A stretch of DNA of 64,000 nucleotides from an uncultured bacterium (GCA_964595945.1 CAZQSL010000001.1:36930-100929); one strand, 5' to 3'. Counted from the first letter of the stretch, positions 19,828 through 30,320 are shown. Translations and numbers: made by a program. The notes: generated from the sequence alone by a model not told the origin.

Positions 19828-20145
19828 TCACTTGCGATCTGATGGCATAGTGGGGGGCTGCTGATGGTGGATGCGGTTGACATCTTTGTGGTGAAAACAG
19901 TGGTAGCAGAGCACGCGCGAGACTGCCGGGCGGTTTTGCGCGGTGACAGAATACGAAATCTTCATACACGATCGGCAGCAGATACGGTGGCACTCCTCGC
20001 AACGGGAGTAGAGGTCGATAGCAAACGATATGCCGCAGATATCGCAGGTCGCGGGAGCGATGCCTTCTCTGATCATGTTGACCTCATTTCCGATACCGGT
20101 ATTCCGGCAAAAATGATAGTGTAGCGCAATCATGTCTGATGTCAA
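19828..20145 (-). CDS. Cysteine-rich putative double zinc-ribbon protein (hypothetical)
   Basis: Four CxxC-like pairs (CDIC, CEEC, CCRSC, CYHC). Transcribed divergently from bamA. No homology search was possible. Confidence 0.35.
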   Translation of the reverse strand: MTSDMIALHYHFCRNTGIGNEVNMIREGIAPATCDICGISFAIDLYSRCEECHRICCRSCMKISYSVTAQNRPAVSRVLCYHCFHHKDVNRIHHQQPPTMPSDRK

Positions 20146-20361
20146 TGATCAAGGTGCCGCGAGGAAATCCGGCCGCGCGAAAAACTTTATTCATCCCAGC
20201 GTCATCATCCACCCGCGACTGTCCAATCTCATATCAGTATCGCCAGGTAAGCGTAGATACAGGCCGTTAGGGAGATGTTTTGAAATGCCATTGATTAAAT
20301 GTAGAACTAATTCCAATAATATATTAGAATGTGTCTGTTTATACGCTATTGGAGGAGATAG

Positions 20362-22140
20362 ATGAAAATCTGTAGAAGCGCATATCTGCTGTTTGCCCTC
20401 ATGCTCATGGTAACGGCAACCCCCGTCATGGCAGAGGATATGGCACGAGTCACATCGCAGGACGAAGTGATTGTCAAGGCGATCGATGTCGCCGGCAACT
20501 ACGAAATCACTGACGATGAAATCCTCGCCTCCGTCCTGACCAAAGTCGGCGAGCCCCTCTCGACTGAAAGCCTCGAAATCGATCTGCAGAAGATTTTCGA
20601 CCTCGGGTATTTTTCAAAAGATGTCAAGGCAAGCCTTTCGGAATATGACGGCGGGGCCAAAGTGACATTCAATGTCGAGGAAAACCCCGTAATTAACGAT
20701 ATTGTTTTCGACGATGCGAAATCAATACCTGCAGCGGACCTGCGTGACCAGATGAAGTCTGTCGTCAACAAACCGCTCAACAGCAATACGCTCAGGACCG
20801 ATATCGAGACGATCGAAAAATACTACAGCGCCAAGGGCTATCTCGCCGCCAGGGTGATCGACGCCAGGATGGACGAAAACAGGACGATACACATCGTCGT
20901 TTCCGAAGGCGTGATCAAGGCGATCAAGGTCGCGTATTTTTCGAAGGGCGATGACGAATCAAATCCCGAAGGCAGCCCCGAACAGTCGCAGATACTCGAC
21001 AACGGCAAGACAAAGCCCTATGTCGTCACCCGCGAGATGAAGACAAAACCGGGCGATGTATATAACACGCAGAAGATCAGCAAAGACCTCCAGAGAATAT
21101 ATAACCTCGGGTTTTTCGAAGATGTGCGCACAAGCATAGAAGCCGCCGAAGACCCCGGAGAAGTAGTGCTCGTCATCGAGGTCGAAGAGTCGCAGACAGG
21201 CTCATACGGATTCGGCGCGGGCTACAGCAACAGCACCGGATTCACCGGCTACCTCTCGGTGTCCGACCGCAATCTGCGTGGCAAGGGCCGTAGGGCCGAC
21301 GCAAAACTCGAATTCGGCGGCAGCGCCGACAGTTTCGAAATCGGATACTTCGAACCCTGGTTCGACAAAAAACAGACAAGCGTCGAAACTACCCTTTACA
21401 ACACTGTCAAGGAAAATCTCGACTATGGACTCGGCGGCGTCTATTCCCCGGACTACGAAGAGCGCCGCACCGGTTTCACATTCACCGTCGGCCGGCCACG
21501 CACGGATTACACAAAGGTTTTTCTCGGGCTCAAGGCCGAACGCATCAACGTCGACCCCGAAGAATTCGACTACCTCGACGGCTCCTCGCGCAGCATCACG
21601 GGCACTATCAGGACAGATACGCGCGACAATGTTTTTAACCCCGGCACTGGCCGCCTCGACTCTCTTTCGCTCGAACTCAACGGCATGTTTCTCGGCGGTG
21701 ACTATGACTTCGAAAAAATGAGCTTCGATCTCCGCCGCTTCCGCAAAGTCACAAAGAAGCAGACCATCGCGGTCCGCATGCTGATGGGATACTCGTGGGA
21801 CGACATCCCGGCGTTCGAATACTTCGACCTCGGCGGCGTCAACTCCATCAGAGGTTATGACGAAGACGAATACTCGGGTACGAAAATGATCCTTTACAAT
21901 GCCGAATACCGATTCACCCTTTCCGGCAATCTCTCGGCCGCGATCTTTGCCGACGCCGGCGACGCTTGGGGCAAAGGCGAAACTCTCGAACTCTCCCCCA
22001 TGAAATACCAGAAATCCATCGGCGCCGGCATCAGACTCAAAATCCCCCAATTCGGCATCGGCCCTGTCAGACTCGACTACGCCTACGCCCTTTCGGCGGA
22101 AGACACGAAGATTCACTTCGGCTTCGGACACATGTTTTAA
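20362..22140 (+). CDS. bamA: Omp85/BamA family outer membrane protein assembly factor (short form, reduced POTRA number)
   Basis: Signal peptide, POTRA-like repeats, and a C-terminal beta-barrel with alternating hydrophobic strands ending in a terminal Phe (GFGHMF). GGAGGAG RBS. Followed by skp and lpxD, the canonical order. Confidence 0.83.
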   Translation: MKICRSAYLLFALMLMVTATPVMAEDMARVTSQDEVIVKAIDVAGNYEITDDEILASVLTKVGEPLSTESLEIDLQKIFDLGYFSKDVKASLSEYDGGAKVTFNVEENPVINDIVFDDAKSIPAADLRDQMKSVVNKPLNSNTLRTDIETIEKYYSAKGYLAARVIDARMDENRTIHIVVSEGVIKAIKVAYFSKGDDESNPEGSPEQSQILDNGKTKPYVVTREMKTKPGDVYNTQKISKDLQRIYNLGFFEDVRTSIEAAEDPGEVVLVIEVEESQTGSYGFGAGYSNSTGFTGYLSVSDRNLRGKGRRADAKLEFGGSADSFEIGYFEPWFDKKQTSVETTLYNTVKENLDYGLGGVYSPDYEERRTGFTFTVGRPRTDYTKVFLGLKAERINVDPEEFDYLDGSSRSITGTIRTDTRDNVFNPGTGRLDSLSLELNGMFLGGDYDFEKMSFDLRRFRKVTKKQTIAVRMLMGYSWDDIPAFEYFDLGGVNSIRGYDEDEYSGTKMILYNAEYRFTLSGNLSAAIFADAGDAWGKGETLELSPMKYQKSIGAGIRLKIPQFGIGPVRLDYAYALSAEDTKIHFGFGHMF

Positions 22141-22164
22141 GCCGTGATCTCTGGAGGTGACTTA

Positions 22165-23487
22165 GTGACTATTTTTTTCGGGCGCATCACGACTGCAGTC
22201 GCACTGTGCTTACTTTCGATCGTCTGCCTGCAACTGCCGGCACGAGCCGAACTCCAGCCCCAGACCGCCACTGTCAGGGCTGTCACCGTGCAGGTACACT
22301 GCCAGACACCCCTGCCCGCGCCGCTCATGGACAAGATCAACACGAGTGTGCTTAAGGTCGGCCAAAAAGCGCTCGAAGGAAAATCCCTCTCCGAAGCACA
22401 GTCCCTTCAGGACGCACTCATGCAGGTCATGAAAAAAATCTTCAACGAGGTCCTGAGCGGATTCATCGTGACCGATATCGAAATAGCCGTCGGTGACTCC
22501 ACCGCCATCAGTATCTACATCGAACCCGAAGGCGCAACCATCCAGAAAGTGATCTTCGACCTCAACCTCCAGGAAGGCGTGCATCCGTTCTGGAAAGACA
22601 TCATCTCGAAGCGCCTCGGCGATGTACCGTCGAATATCGACACCGCGCTCGCAGGCATCCCGGTCGAATCAGCCCGCTGGGCCACTCCCATCATCACCGA
22701 AATCATCTCCGCCGAAATCGCGAAAGAAGACCGTTTCCCAGGCTTTGCGCACGATATCACCGTCACCATCTCACCTGACACCCACATCAGCGTCACCCTC
22801 AGACCCGACTCCCCCACTATCCGCTCCGCCCACCTGAAATTCCGCTCCGTCACTCTCCCCTCTCTCATGATCGAACAATTCAAATTTGACCTCGCGTCCA
22901 AATCAGACTATCTCATCGGCCTGCCTATCATTTTCGCTAAAGAAGAAGAACCCGCCATCCGGCAGCAATTTCTGAAATTCATCGAAGAAAACTCCTCGGC
23001 TCGCCGGCTCGGCGCCTCAAAATACTACGTTCGACTCTATCTGCAGAAAAAGGCCACTGTCAGCTATACCGTCAACTCCACCAAATATCACGGTTTCGCC
23101 CGCGTGAAGTTTTCTATCGGAAAAGAGGAAAACAACCCCGACGCCGAAGCGCATCTCGGCATTTTCCTCGGAAAACGCAACGAGCTGTTCACCGAAATCA
23201 ACCTCTTCCCAGGCCCGCTCGACCTTCAGTTCAACATCGGCATAGGCGAACACTTCGGCAACATCTACATCGCCGGCGGCCGCAACCTGATCGACGGCCT
23301 CGACCGATTCTGGGCCACCTACACGATCACGGAAGACATCTCCATCTCAATCGAAAAAAATGTCGTCGAAGACGACCGGCACGATACCGAAGGCTCCATC
23401 TCATTCAAAGCCCATGACTTCTACAGCATCGACCTCGTCACGGACTTCGAAGATACCACATGGCTCAGGTTCAATGCCAACCTATAA
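22165..23487 (+). CDS. Hypothetical exported protein, 440 aa, unknown function
   Basis: A GTG at 22165 is preceded by a GGAGGTGA RBS. Signal peptide with a predicted cleavage after PARA. The C-terminal third shows an amphipathic beta-strand pattern. No recognisable motif. Confidence 0.6.
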   Translation: MTIFFGRITTAVALCLLSIVCLQLPARAELQPQTATVRAVTVQVHCQTPLPAPLMDKINTSVLKVGQKALEGKSLSEAQSLQDALMQVMKKIFNEVLSGFIVTDIEIAVGDSTAISIYIEPEGATIQKVIFDLNLQEGVHPFWKDIISKRLGDVPSNIDTALAGIPVESARWATPIITEIISAEIAKEDRFPGFAHDITVTISPDTHISVTLRPDSPTIRSAHLKFRSVTLPSLMIEQFKFDLASKSDYLIGLPIIFAKEEEPAIRQQFLKFIEENSSARRLGASKYYVRLYLQKKATVSYTVNSTKYHGFARVKFSIGKEENNPDAEAHLGIFLGKRNELFTEINLFPGPLDLQFNIGIGEHFGNIYIAGGRNLIDGLDRFWATYTITEDISISIEKNVVEDDRHDTEGSISFKAHDFYSIDLVTDFEDTTWLRFNANL

Positions 23488-23519
23488 TCCCCGCCAATAT
23501 CGAAAGGAGCAATAAAGTA

Positions 23520-24071
23520 ATGAACAGAATGTGGAAAACCCTGATACCGGGTATCGCAATCATCCTCACCGTAGCAGCAGGCATCATCTACCTCCAATCC
23601 GGCAAAGCTGTCGCCGGCAGCCATGTAGTCGGCTATGTCGACTCCGACTCCATCCTCGAAGCCTACGCCCCGGCAATCGCAGTGCACAACGAGCTCGGCC
23701 AGCTCCAGAAAAAAAATGAAGACGCCCTCCGCGAAAAAATCACCGCAAAATTCGGCACCGGCGACCCCTCCCTCCTGCCCAAGGAATCCCAGATGGAAAT
23801 ACAGAAAATGATCGAAGAAGCCGAAGCTTCATACCAGTCCCAGATGGAAGACCTCCGCAACCGCAAATGGACGCCCATCGTCGAACAGGTTCATTCCGCA
23901 ATGGAAAAGGTCGCCGCTCAGGAAGGCACCGATGTCGTACTTGACCGCTCAGCCGTACTCGCTGGCGGTGTCGACCTTACACAAAATGTCATCGACTACC
24001 TCGGCAAACAACAACCCGGAGCCGCCCCCACTGCAGCGCCGGCCCAGCCTGCCGCACCTCCAAAAAAATGA
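23520..24071 (+). CDS. skp: Periplasmic chaperone Skp/OmpH family
   Basis: AAGGAG RBS. A signal peptide followed by a roughly 150-aa coiled-coil protein (VVGYVDSDSILEAYAPAIAVHNELGQLQKKNEDALREK). Positioned between bamA and lpxD. Confidence 0.7.
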   Translation: MNRMWKTLIPGIAIILTVAAGIIYLQSGKAVAGSHVVGYVDSDSILEAYAPAIAVHNELGQLQKKNEDALREKITAKFGTGDPSLLPKESQMEIQKMIEEAEASYQSQMEDLRNRKWTPIVEQVHSAMEKVAAQEGTDVVLDRSAVLAGGVDLTQNVIDYLGKQQPGAAPTAAPAQPAAPPKK

Positions 24072-25153
24072 AGAACCTTGCGTACATAGCTCTCCTCATC
24101 TTTTCAGCGGCGGCTCTCTCCGCCGCCCTGTACGTCAAGCACGACAAAAAAACTCATGCTTCCGTCATCGGCACTGTCGACGCCGTTACACTCTTCTCTC
24201 AATCCAGGGAATTTGTAACTATCGAAAATGCCAGATATGATCTCTTTTCAAAAACATTTCCGGAAAGATCATTTCCCGCATCTCAAACCAAATCCAGCAA
24301 ATACGCACAGGCGCTTGCCGAAAGGCAGGCGCTTTTTTCACATTTTTCGACTGAAGAATCCGCTGCCACCGTCCACAACGATACCGGCGAAGCCCAGCGC
24401 CTCCTCGACACCGAGCGCTCATCTGTCGCTACTTCATATCAGCAACGGCTTGAGTCTCTTTACCATGACATCTCATCACAGCCCCCCCCAGATCTTTCGC
24501 AAATCAGATTCGATCTCATGAATCTCGAACTCAAACTCAACGTCCTCAGCCGCGACCCGCTCGTCATGTCTGCCACACGGCTCAACAGCCTGGAGTCTCA
24601 GGCCAGCGAATACCGAAACCTTATCGCTCGCACCAATCAGGACCATATCGCGAGATCCGCTGCCGACTTTTCCGCCGGTGCCGAAAAACTCCGCGCCGAG
24701 CTTTCCGCACAGCTTTCCCTTCTCGAAGAACAGTACGCATCATCAGTAGCGGCAAGCGCAAGCAACGCTCAGGCAGTCGCCAGCGCCGAAATCACTTCAC
24801 AACGCAACCATATCGACTCCATCCGCCGCGAAATCGCCTCTCTGACATTTCCATCAACACTTTCGCAACATAATTTGAAACACGCAAATAACCAAACGAA
24901 GCAGTCCTTCGCCACCATCGAATCAAAACACAGAAAAGAATTCTACCGGCGTCTCCAGCGAAAAACCCCCGCCATCGCCGCCTCGAAAAAAATCGATACT
25001 GTCGTCATCAGCCCCTGGCCCACATGCGGCCGCAACTCGCGTGATCTTACCAGAGATCTCGCTCAAGCCATGTTTTTCGGCTCGCAGCATAAACGGGGCA
25101 CTCACAATGATACCTCAAAATTCACCAGCGACGGAGACACAAATGCTCGTTAG
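24068..25153 (+). CDS. Hypothetical signal-anchored coiled-coil periplasmic protein (possible second OmpH-like protein)
   Basis: ATGA-coupled to the skp stop. N-terminal signal/anchor and a long Q/E/S/A-rich heptad-like region. The 3' end overlaps the lpxD start. The last ~45 aa of the ORF look non-native. Confidence 0.45.
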   Translation: MKNLAYIALLIFSAAALSAALYVKHDKKTHASVIGTVDAVTLFSQSREFVTIENARYDLFSKTFPERSFPASQTKSSKYAQALAERQALFSHFSTEESAATVHNDTGEAQRLLDTERSSVATSYQQRLESLYHDISSQPPPDLSQIRFDLMNLELKLNVLSRDPLVMSATRLNSLESQASEYRNLIARTNQDHIARSAADFSAGAEKLRAELSAQLSLLEEQYASSVAASASNAQAVASAEITSQRNHIDSIRREIASLTFPSTLSQHNLKHANNQTKQSFATIESKHRKEFYRRLQRKTPAIAASKKIDTVVISPWPTCGRNSRDLTRDLAQAMFFGSQHKRGTHNDTSKFTSDGDTNAR

Positions 25154-26147
25154 CCAACTCGCAGCACAGCTCGAAGGCACCGTGGAAGGAAACGCGCAAT
25201 CGCTTATCTACGGCGCAAGCTCCATCGACGCCATCGAAGACGGCACCCTTGTTTTCCTCGAAAAACAAAAAGATGCCCACAAACTCGCAGGATCCGCCCC
25301 CGCGGCTGTCCTGTGCGCATCTACCGCCGATGTCCATGATCACACTCTCATCAGGGTCGCCAACCCGCGAAAAGCATTTCTCGCAGCCCTCCGCGCACTT
25401 TATCCCGTCATCCGGCCTGCCCCCGGCATACACCCCACTGCTGTCATATCACCATCCGCCAATATACATCCAACGGCCTCCATCGGCGCACTCTGCTTCG
25501 TCGGCGACGATGCGGCTGTTGCAGCGGACTCCGTTATTTCCCCCGGATGCCACATCGGCGCAGGTGCTTCGATCGGCGCACGCTCACTGCTTCACCCGAA
25601 AGTGACCATCCTCGACCGCTGCAGGGTAGGCACAGACGCAATCATCCACAGCGGCGTCGTCATAGGCGCGGACGGATTCGGATTTGTCGAAGAAGGAGCC
25701 GCCAAAGTCAAAATGCCGCAAGTCGGCAACGTCGTCATCGGCGACCGCGTGGAAATCGGCGCCAACACCACTATCGACCGCGCCACTCTCGGCTCCACGT
25801 TCATCGCCTCAGGCACCAAACTCGACAATCAGGTACAGATCGGCCACAATGTCAAAACCGGCGAAAACTGTATCATCTGCGGACAGGCCGGCATCGCCGG
25901 GAGTTCGACAATCGGAGACAATGTCACCATCGCCGGCCAGGCTGGCATCGGCGATCATCTCAGCGTTGGATCATGGACATTCATCACCGGCAAAGCCGGC
26001 GTCATGACCGATGTCCCCCCGAAAGTCATCTACTCGGGATTTCCCGCCGCACCGCACCGCGAAACCATGCGCATCTTTTCTGCGCTCCGCAAATTGCCAG
26101 CGCTCATCAGGGAAATCGAAAAACAGGCCAGAGCCGACAAAGGCTGA
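25143..26147 (+). CDS. lpxD: UDP-3-O-acylglucosamine N-acyltransferase
   Basis: N-terminal LpxD domain ([16 protein letters not shown]...[10 protein letters not shown]) followed by left-handed beta-helix hexapeptide repeats. The ATG at 25143 has a GGAG RBS. The track ORF starts at 25041. Confidence 0.88.
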   Translation: MLVSQLAAQLEGTVEGNAQSLIYGASSIDAIEDGTLVFLEKQKDAHKLAGSAPAAVLCASTADVHDHTLIRVANPRKAFLAALRALYPVIRPAPGIHPTAVISPSANIHPTASIGALCFVGDDAAVAADSVISPGCHIGAGASIGARSLLHPKVTILDRCRVGTDAIIHSGVVIGADGFGFVEEGAAKVKMPQVGNVVIGDRVEIGANTTIDRATLGSTFIASGTKLDNQVQIGHNVKTGENCIICGQAGIAGSSTIGDNVTIAGQAGIGDHLSVGSWTFITGKAGVMTDVPPKVIYSGFPAAPHRETMRIFSALRKLPALIREIEKQARADKG

Positions 26148-26168
26148 CCTCACACCGGAGATATCCTC

Positions 26169-27176
26169 ATGACCACAAACAGCATCCAGCTACTCAGGGA
26201 AAAGGCCGAACTCTCCTTCGCCCGGCGTGGCCTCGCATGGGGGGGATTCACCGGCGCGCTCTGGGGACTCGACGGGGTACTTCTCGGCATCGTGCTTGGC
26301 ATGGCGCCGTTCAACGACGCAAAGGTTTCAATGCTCATCGCTCCCATCGTAGCCGCTGCCATCCATGACGGGTTCGCCGCACTGTGGCTATTTATCATTA
26401 ATATTTCATCCGGCAAATTCCGGGAATTTCGCCGCACGCTCGCTACCAGACCCGGCAAGGTCGTATGTATCGCGGCACTCTGCGGAGGCCCCATAGGCAT
26501 GACCGGCTACCTGCTGGGCATCAATCATGCCGGCCCAGCCTACGCGATGTCCATATCCGCGATCTATCCTGCTCTCGGGTCGGTATGCGCCATGTTTTTC
26601 CTCAAGGAACGTATCTCGCCACGCGCGTGGGCAGGCATTGCGTTAAGCGTCACGGGAGCCATTATTGTCGGGTGGCAGCCACCATCTGGCAACGCTCCAC
26701 ACTTCTATCTCGGCGTCGCTTTCGCCTGTATGGCCGCTGTCGGCTGGGGGCTCGAAAGCGTACTCTCCACCTACGGCATGGACCTCATCGACCCCGACAT
26801 CGCCATCAACATCCGGGAAGCCGTCTCTTTTCTCGCATACATGATCATCATTGTCCCGGCCATCGGCGGCATGGGATTTCTCGCCGCTGCCGTCCCTGAA
26901 AAAACCACTCTCCTCATCGCTGCCACCGCTCTCGCTGGCGGCCTGTCATACTTCTCGTGGTATCGTGCGATGAACATGACTGGTGTCGGACGCGCCATGG
27001 CTCTCAGTGTCACCTATGTCATCTGGAGCATCGTCTACAGTGTCGTACTGACCCGGTTGGGCCTGATGGAATTCCGCCTCACTCCATTTATCATCGGCGG
27101 CGCTGCCGCCATCACCACCGGCACACTTCTCATCATCAGCAATCCCGGAGAACTGCTCAAGCTCAGAAACAACTGA
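26169..27176 (+). CDS. DMT superfamily (EamA-like) transporter
   Basis: About 10 TM segments arranged as two EamA-like halves. GGAG RBS. Confidence 0.62.
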   Translation: MTTNSIQLLREKAELSFARRGLAWGGFTGALWGLDGVLLGIVLGMAPFNDAKVSMLIAPIVAAAIHDGFAALWLFIINISSGKFREFRRTLATRPGKVVCIAALCGGPIGMTGYLLGINHAGPAYAMSISAIYPALGSVCAMFFLKERISPRAWAGIALSVTGAIIVGWQPPSGNAPHFYLGVAFACMAAVGWGLESVLSTYGMDLIDPDIAINIREAVSFLAYMIIIVPAIGGMGFLAAAVPEKTTLLIAATALAGGLSYFSWYRAMNMTGVGRAMALSVTYVIWSIVYSVVLTRLGLMEFRLTPFIIGGAAAITTGTLLIISNPGELLKLRNN

Positions 27177-27194
27177 CCCGAGGAGGTGTCAACC

Positions 27195-27470
27195 TTGTCC
27201 GCCACGCAACTGCCCCTGAAAATGTCCGTACTCCGCGAAACCACCACCGCGGCGCTCTCCCCCGCGCAGATCGTCGAAAGGCTCGCCCCCTCGTACGGCG
27301 GCGAAAAACAGCTCAACCTTTCGACTGTCGAGTCGCATCTCATGGCCCTCCGCGCAGTGGGACTCGTCGAGGCGGACAATCCGCGGATCATCGACGGCTC
27401 TCTTGTCCTCAGCTTCGCCGCTACCGATGCCGGTCGCGCTAAATTCGCTCAGTATGGAAATAATTCCTAA
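27195..27470 (+). CDS. Small hypothetical protein, possible winged-helix DNA-binding protein
   Basis: A TTG at 27195 lies 9 nt after a GAGGAGG RBS. The segment STVESHLMALRAVGLVE resembles an ArsR/MarR-type recognition helix. Confidence 0.35.
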   Translation: MSATQLPLKMSVLRETTTAALSPAQIVERLAPSYGGEKQLNLSTVESHLMALRAVGLVEADNPRIIDGSLVLSFAATDAGRAKFAQYGNNS

Positions 27471-27753
27471 CCGTTCACGGAATACTCGCGGAGGACCTTT
27501 TGTGCAGAAAAGGTCCTCCGCACCTCTCATATATACTGAATATCAACAGAAATTCCCTACCACAATTTATCGAAGCGACCCGATAGAGCAGCCTTGTATC
27601 AGGCGGGGATAACCCCAGCCCCTTCGAAAAACAGTCATGAGCTATCCGTGAAATCCGTGTCAAAAAGTTTTTTATTGTTTTCGGATGGTACACCAGATCA
27701 TCCCGGCAGACCATAACCATACGTTGGGAAATTCGATTGATATTTCATATAAT
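27468..27753 (+). repeat. Composite dispersed repeat, copy 2 (flank 27468-27491, palindromic hairpin 27490-27519, 28-nt block 27531-27557, 100-nt block 27652-27753)
   Basis: Shares the 28-nt and 100-nt blocks with copy 1. Its 5' flank plus hairpin recur inverted at 40223-40278. Its 28-nt block recurs inverted at 48262-48290. Confidence 0.7.
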
Positions 27754-27896
27754 ATTTCAATGTTTTTCTGGTAAACCATGAAATAGTGATGTGGGGTTAT
27801 GCGAGCCGGGCAAAGCCCGGAGAGGCGGGTTTTTATTGAGGAAATGTCTCTCCGGAAAGATGCTCGAATCGGGGAAACCCGGGGAGTCCGGGCGGC

Positions 27897-28814
27897 TTAT
27901 TTGGCCGGATCTGTTTTTTTGTCTTCTCTTGGGCCTACGGACCACTGTCCGCCTTTTGCGTTGACTTTGAGATATTCATTGTACTGGCGGGCGCAGCCGC
28001 TGGCGATTTCGCGGACGCGGCCTATCATGTTCTGTCGTTCGGTGACGCTGATGGCGTTGCGAGCGTCTAGCAGGTTGAAGCAGTGCGAACATTTGAGGAC
28101 GCGGTCGTAGGCGGGGAGCACGAGTGAGAGGCCGAGGAGGCGTTTGGCTTCGGCTTCGTGGATATCGAACATTTTGAATTGGCCTTCGATGTCGGCGTAT
28201 TGCAGGTTGTAGTAGGATTGCTGACGCTCGTTTTCGTGGTAGATGTCGCCATATTTGAGGTCGCCGGTCCATGTGAGGTCGTAGACGCTGTCGACGCCCT
28301 GCATGTACATGCTGATGCGTTCGAGTCCGTAGGTGATTTCGGCGCATACGTTGGTGCAGTCGACACCGCCGACTTGCTGGAAGTAGGTGAACTGGGTAAT
28401 TTCGTTGCCGTCGAGCCAGACTTCCCAGCCGAGTCCCCATGCGCCGAGAGTGGGTGATTCCCAGTCGTCTTCGACGAACCGGATGTCGTGATCCTTGAGA
28501 GAGAGTCCGACTGTTTCGAGGCTTTTGAGGTAGATGTCCTGTACGTCGTCTGGTGAGGGTTTGAGGATGACCTGATATTGGAAGTAGTGCTGGAGGCGGA
28601 GCGGGTTTTCGCCGTAGCGGCCGTCGGCGGGGCGGCGCGAGGGTTGCACGTAGGCGACTTTCCAGGGATCGTCGCCGATGGCCTTGAGGAATGTGAATGG
28701 ATGAAATGTGCCGGCGCCGACCTCGTTGTCGAAGGGTTGTGCGATGACGCAGCCGTAGTCGGCCCAGAAGCGCTGGAGGCGCATGATGAGTTCCTGAAAT
28801 GTGATCTTGTCCAT
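27897..28814 (-). CDS. glyQ: Glycine--tRNA ligase alpha subunit
   Basis: Strong GlyQ-family similarity throughout ([11 protein letters not shown]...FW...GC; [32 protein letters not shown]). I chose the internal ATG at 28814, which matches the usual GlyQ N-terminus, over the 42-aa longer track ORF. Confidence 0.9.
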   Translation of the reverse strand: MDKITFQELIMRLQRFWADYGCVIAQPFDNEVGAGTFHPFTFLKAIGDDPWKVAYVQPSRRPADGRYGENPLRLQHYFQYQVILKPSPDDVQDIYLKSLETVGLSLKDHDIRFVEDDWESPTLGAWGLGWEVWLDGNEITQFTYFQQVGGVDCTNVCAEITYGLERISMYMQGVDSVYDLTWTGDLKYGDIYHENERQQSYYNLQYADIEGQFKMFDIHEAEAKRLLGLSLVLPAYDRVLKCSHCFNLLDARNAISVTERQNMIGRVREIASGCARQYNEYLKVNAKGGQWSVGPREDKKTDPAK

Positions 28815-29010
28815 GTGTGAGTGTGGGACGGAGAGAGTGTGGGGACTATTGGAGTGGGGGTTCAGTCGCGCCGTGGTTTCTCCGTTTTCCTCCTTGATGT
28901 ATATTATTGCATCTTCTTGTAAAAAATGCTGAGTGGGCACAGGTTTTTCCGTCTGGCAACGGTTGCAACCGATGTTGCCGGGTGCGGCATGTGATTGTCG
29001 GTTGTGTAAG

Positions 29011-30141
29011 TCACAGGCCTTTCATGGTGTGCATGATCGATGCGATTCGATGCTTATAGGTGTGTGCGGCGAGGATTTTTTCGCGGGCCGAGGCTGTGAC
29101 GCGCAGTCGCTGTGATTCGTATTTTGAGTAATATTTGATCTGTTCTTTCAGTTCATCTTCGGAAGAAAAGGCGATGAAATCCTGGTCGCGGGTGAATAGT
29201 TCGTGAAGTCCTGGACTGTCTTCGACGAGGATAAACGCGCCGACAGAGGGAGCGTCGAAAAACCGTGTGCCGGGTGCTGTCGGCAGCAGGAATGAGCGGA
29301 GGTCGAGATTGATGATGGTGCGGGTGTAGATACCGGGGGCGGCGCCGTATGTGACGTTTTCCACCATCCGGCCGAGTCCGCCGGCTACCGTCGTCCAGCC
29401 GCTGTCGCCGAATACCGCGACATTTTCGCCGGAATTCATCATCAGTGCCGTGCGCCTGCGGAATGTGGCTTCGGATGCAACGACCATGCGTGCCGCGGCG
29501 AGCAGCGCGGGGTCGGCAGAAGCGTACTTTTCGCTGATAGCGGTTGCGAAGTCATAACTGCGGTCGGTAGCTGCCTTGCCAGCTGTTTCATCGAGAAATG
29601 CCGCTGCGCCGGGGAGTTCCGCGCACAAGGCCGATGCCCTTGCGCGGTAGCCGCCGCTGTTGCTTGATCCGACGAATGAAACCATGTCGTGGTAGCACAC
29701 GTAGTGGTGCGAATAATACCTGAACTTTGCCGTATTGACGGCAAGCGGCAGGAATTCGGAACTGTATCCCATAGCCGTGAGCGTGTCGCAGAATGTCCGG
29801 TCGGCGCAGAAATAACTGACCGTGTCCGGGGAGAAATCGCCTGCACGGTGCGCCGCCGGGTCTTCCGTGAACCATGCCGCGAGCGGCAGCGCTGTCTCTT
29901 TGAAGCAACCGGTGTGTTCTTTCACTACATCGAGATTGACCGAAAGGATCATGTCGCCGGGATTGTTTTTCAGAAAGAGTTCAACATCTCCGCCCGTCAC
30001 GGCGCGCTTATGGCTGGCCTCCATGCTGAGCGCGTCAAAAACCGCCGTGGCATGTCCCGCGTGCTGCAGCGACCGTGAGCACGCATCCATGAGATAGCGG
30101 TCGAATTCCCGGCGTGGCATTATCAGTAGTATCTTCATCAT
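29011..30141 (-). CDS. Glycosyltransferase, CgeB-like (DUF3880 plus GT1-type C-terminal domain)
   Basis: C-terminal segment [41 protein letters not shown] is typical of the CgeB/GT1 C-terminus. Confidence 0.6.
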   Translation of the reverse strand: MMKILLIMPRREFDRYLMDACSRSLQHAGHATAVFDALSMEASHKRAVTGGDVELFLKNNPGDMILSVNLDVVKEHTGCFKETALPLAAWFTEDPAAHRAGDFSPDTVSYFCADRTFCDTLTAMGYSSEFLPLAVNTAKFRYYSHHYVCYHDMVSFVGSSNSGGYRARASALCAELPGAAAFLDETAGKAATDRSYDFATAISEKYASADPALLAAARMVVASEATFRRRTALMMNSGENVAVFGDSGWTTVAGGLGRMVENVTYGAAPGIYTRTIINLDLRSFLLPTAPGTRFFDAPSVGAFILVEDSPGLHELFTRDQDFIAFSSEDELKEQIKYYSKYESQRLRVTASAREKILAAHTYKHRIASIMHTMKGL

Positions 30142-30320
30142 CGACTCCCGTCCGGATGCGGCAATCCGGCCTTCCTGTTTGTGTTTGCCGTTCTGATAAT
30201 TCTATTACACAAAGCACCTTTGTAAAACATTTCCTCAATTAAGCGCCAATGTGCTATCCTACTATCTGAAATAGCGGGCGTGCGCGCCCAACCCAACACT
30301 AACTGCCGAACGGAGACACC

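Noticed and set aside
20132-20365. 77-aa +strand ORF just upstream of and overlapping the bamA start.
   Set aside because: It lies in the AT-rich bamA promoter region and overlaps the RBS-supported bamA start. It also overlaps the minus-strand Cys-rich ORF. No motifs.
25547-26368. 273-aa Arg/His-rich +strand ORF overlapping lpxD in another frame, and the similar 2954-3589 ORF inside murF.
   Set aside because: Extreme low-complexity Arg-rich composition inside a conserved gene. This is a frame artefact.
28815-28940. 42-aa N-terminal extension of glyQ from a GTG at 28940.
   Set aside because: The extension is not GlyQ-like. The ATG at 28814 reproduces the conserved GlyQ N-terminus (M-x3-TFQ-x-LI).
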